Positions 62,089 to 64,000 of a DNA stretch of 64,000 nt are shown in pieces (position 1 is the stretch's first letter; each line of letters begins with the position of its first letter). The DNA is from Nymphaea colorata. Lineage: Eukaryota. The stretch spans positions 7,254,001 to 7,318,000 of the forward strand of contig NC_045138.2 in NCBI RefSeq assembly GCF_008831285.2, given 5' to 3'. Below the pieces are notes generated by a model that was given only the letters and a program-made list of their open reading frames with translations, was not told the origin of the DNA and searched no databases. Both the position numbers and the translations under genes were made by a program.

Positions 62089-64000
62089 TTAGATGGTTGG
62101 CTTCTATGGTGTTATTGTGCCCTTTGAGTTCCAAACTTCCATGCATGTTAGTACTGTTTGGTACTCAAAAGTAGTAGCGACCCTATTTTCTTTCAGCATG
62201 GCTCTTGGGGCTGATAAAATCCATTTGCCTTATGTGCTGGTTTCAGTATGCTGTTGTGATTAAGCTTGATAGTGAGAAAATAAAGCAATTTGCAATTCAA
62301 ACTTGGTGACTAAACACGATTAGTTTCGGCGACAATGCACCTAACTTTGTGCCAATTTAAACTTAAAATTAGATCCAAAGTATAACAACAATTAATATTC
62401 ACGTCCAAATAACGAAAGAAACTAATGTTACTGCAGCTTTGTTGAATTTTGGGTCTCAAACTTAAAAATTTCTAGGTAAAGATTTTCGAACTTACCAAAC
62501 CAGTCGGGCTCTCTCGCCCGCAAAAGGAAACGAGTTATGTGCTCACCTCGTGCCTGGAACATTGTGCACAGGCATATACAATAATAAAAATGCCCCTATT
62601 TAAAGTGAAAAAAGAACATTTGAAAGGGACAAAAAAAGGAGTTATGAAAAAGTTAAAAAAAATAAAATGAACATTTCTTTATGAAAATTTCTAAACTACC
62701 CCAGCCCCCTTCATTTTTCCTTTGTTATATTCTTGTGACGTGCACACTGCGCGATCTCTCTGCAAAAGCATAAAAATAAGTAGAGGGATATATATATGCC
62801 TCCGACAGATGCTTTTGGAAGAGGTTTAAAATTCAATGGTCAAAATTGTTATAAATGTTTTTTCAAGGAGACAAGTAATTGCTCAAAGTTTGATGTTATG
62901 AACTTAAATAGTTTTAAAGGACGAATACAGTCTAATCTTCCTGATTAACTGCATAGACAGCAATAAGCAGGTGTTGGTTTAGATTGAAGAAGAAAATTAA
63001 GAATCTACTGCAATGTCACCTAGACTTGCCTGCTCAGGCATCGATGCAGGTGCCGGTGCGAGTGCACCCTCTGTGCAGCTCCCGACTCCATCAATGCAAG
63101 TCAGGTGCCCCTAGCCGCACCTGATTGTGCACCATTGCGCATAAAAAGGAATTGTGCGTAAAAGGAAAAAGAAAGGAAAAGGAAAAAATTGTACCTATCG
63201 GCATCTTTCTCCTCTCTTTTCATAGACAAACAACAACAACCAGCCACCGATGAAGCCAGAAGCCAACGTCCAGACAGCATCAGTGACTGGCGACCGGTGG
63301 AACCACGACAGCAGCCCCAGTAATTTTAAAGAACGCGCCACCGGCACCTCTTATTCATGTAATATAGATCAAAAGATACTTACCATCATTTGATTCAGTG
63401 TAAATGAGCTTCCAATGATGAGGAATAATATTAAGTCGTCCATTGAAATTCACCAAAAGATGAGCAGTACTTACGTCAATGTTTCAAAATGTTTTATGCT
63501 ATATTTCTTCCGATTTTCTTAAACCAACTTTTTTAATGTTATCTATAGTAGAATAATTTATACATGTTTATATTTGCAGATTTTTTTTTCTTCATTCTAA
63601 TCAAAAGATGTGAACCTCTAGCCCAAGGGGCATAGGGCTGGCAGATTATTGAGAGTTTAATTTTCATAAGCGCTACTCATCCACATTGTAAATAGTTGCA
63701 ATGTGACATCCTAGTTGACAGGTGTACTATAAGTCGACCAATGTCCCCAAGCAGCAGGGGAAAGCTTCAGCCTTTCTTCGAGTGGCTTTTGTTCACTGAA
63801 TAATACTAGAAATTCTGAGAATGAGAAATCAGATAGAGTAAAGGTAACATTTGATTCAAATCTCCTCGGTTGATGTACAATGCATAATATTGGTTGACAT
63901 GGACTGAAACGGCAGGAGACAGAGGACATTGAAGATTCAATACATGTTAGACGATACCTAAAATTATTAATAGCAATTGGTAACCAACAGAGTAGTTTCA

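Noticed and set aside
62520..63350. Possible small MITEs (GTGCAC / GGTGC repeats)
   Set aside because: I could not define convincing TIR and TSD pairs.

Overview
Plant nuclear DNA: a dirigent-protein (DIR) gene cluster split by a large nest of transposable elements. A minus-strand DIR gene (3900-7791) is interrupted just after its start codon by a 3.3-kb hAT element. Three tandem plus-strand DIR copies lie at 57.3-62.1 kb, and only the last is intact. Between them is a four-level nest whose inner boundaries are defined by target-site duplications (TSDs): an old L1-type LINE (~10938-47367, minus strand, with a 2.1-kb internal inversion) contains a Copia element (11081-37882), which contains a hAT element (12775-35417), which contains a young 17.4-kb Ogre/Tat-type Gypsy element (17968-35383). 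The Ogre element has 3.8-kb LTRs, a tRNA-Arg-type PBS, a G-patch, dual RNase H and an intact extra ORF encoding a plant mobile domain (PMD) protein. A second Copia with non-canonical TG..TA LTR ends also sits in the LINE, and a third Copia abuts it. A non-autonomous PIF/Harbinger element (53231-55719) carries captured fragments of a protein kinase gene and a GDSL lipase gene. All calls come from reading the sequence by eye; no database searches or alignments were run.
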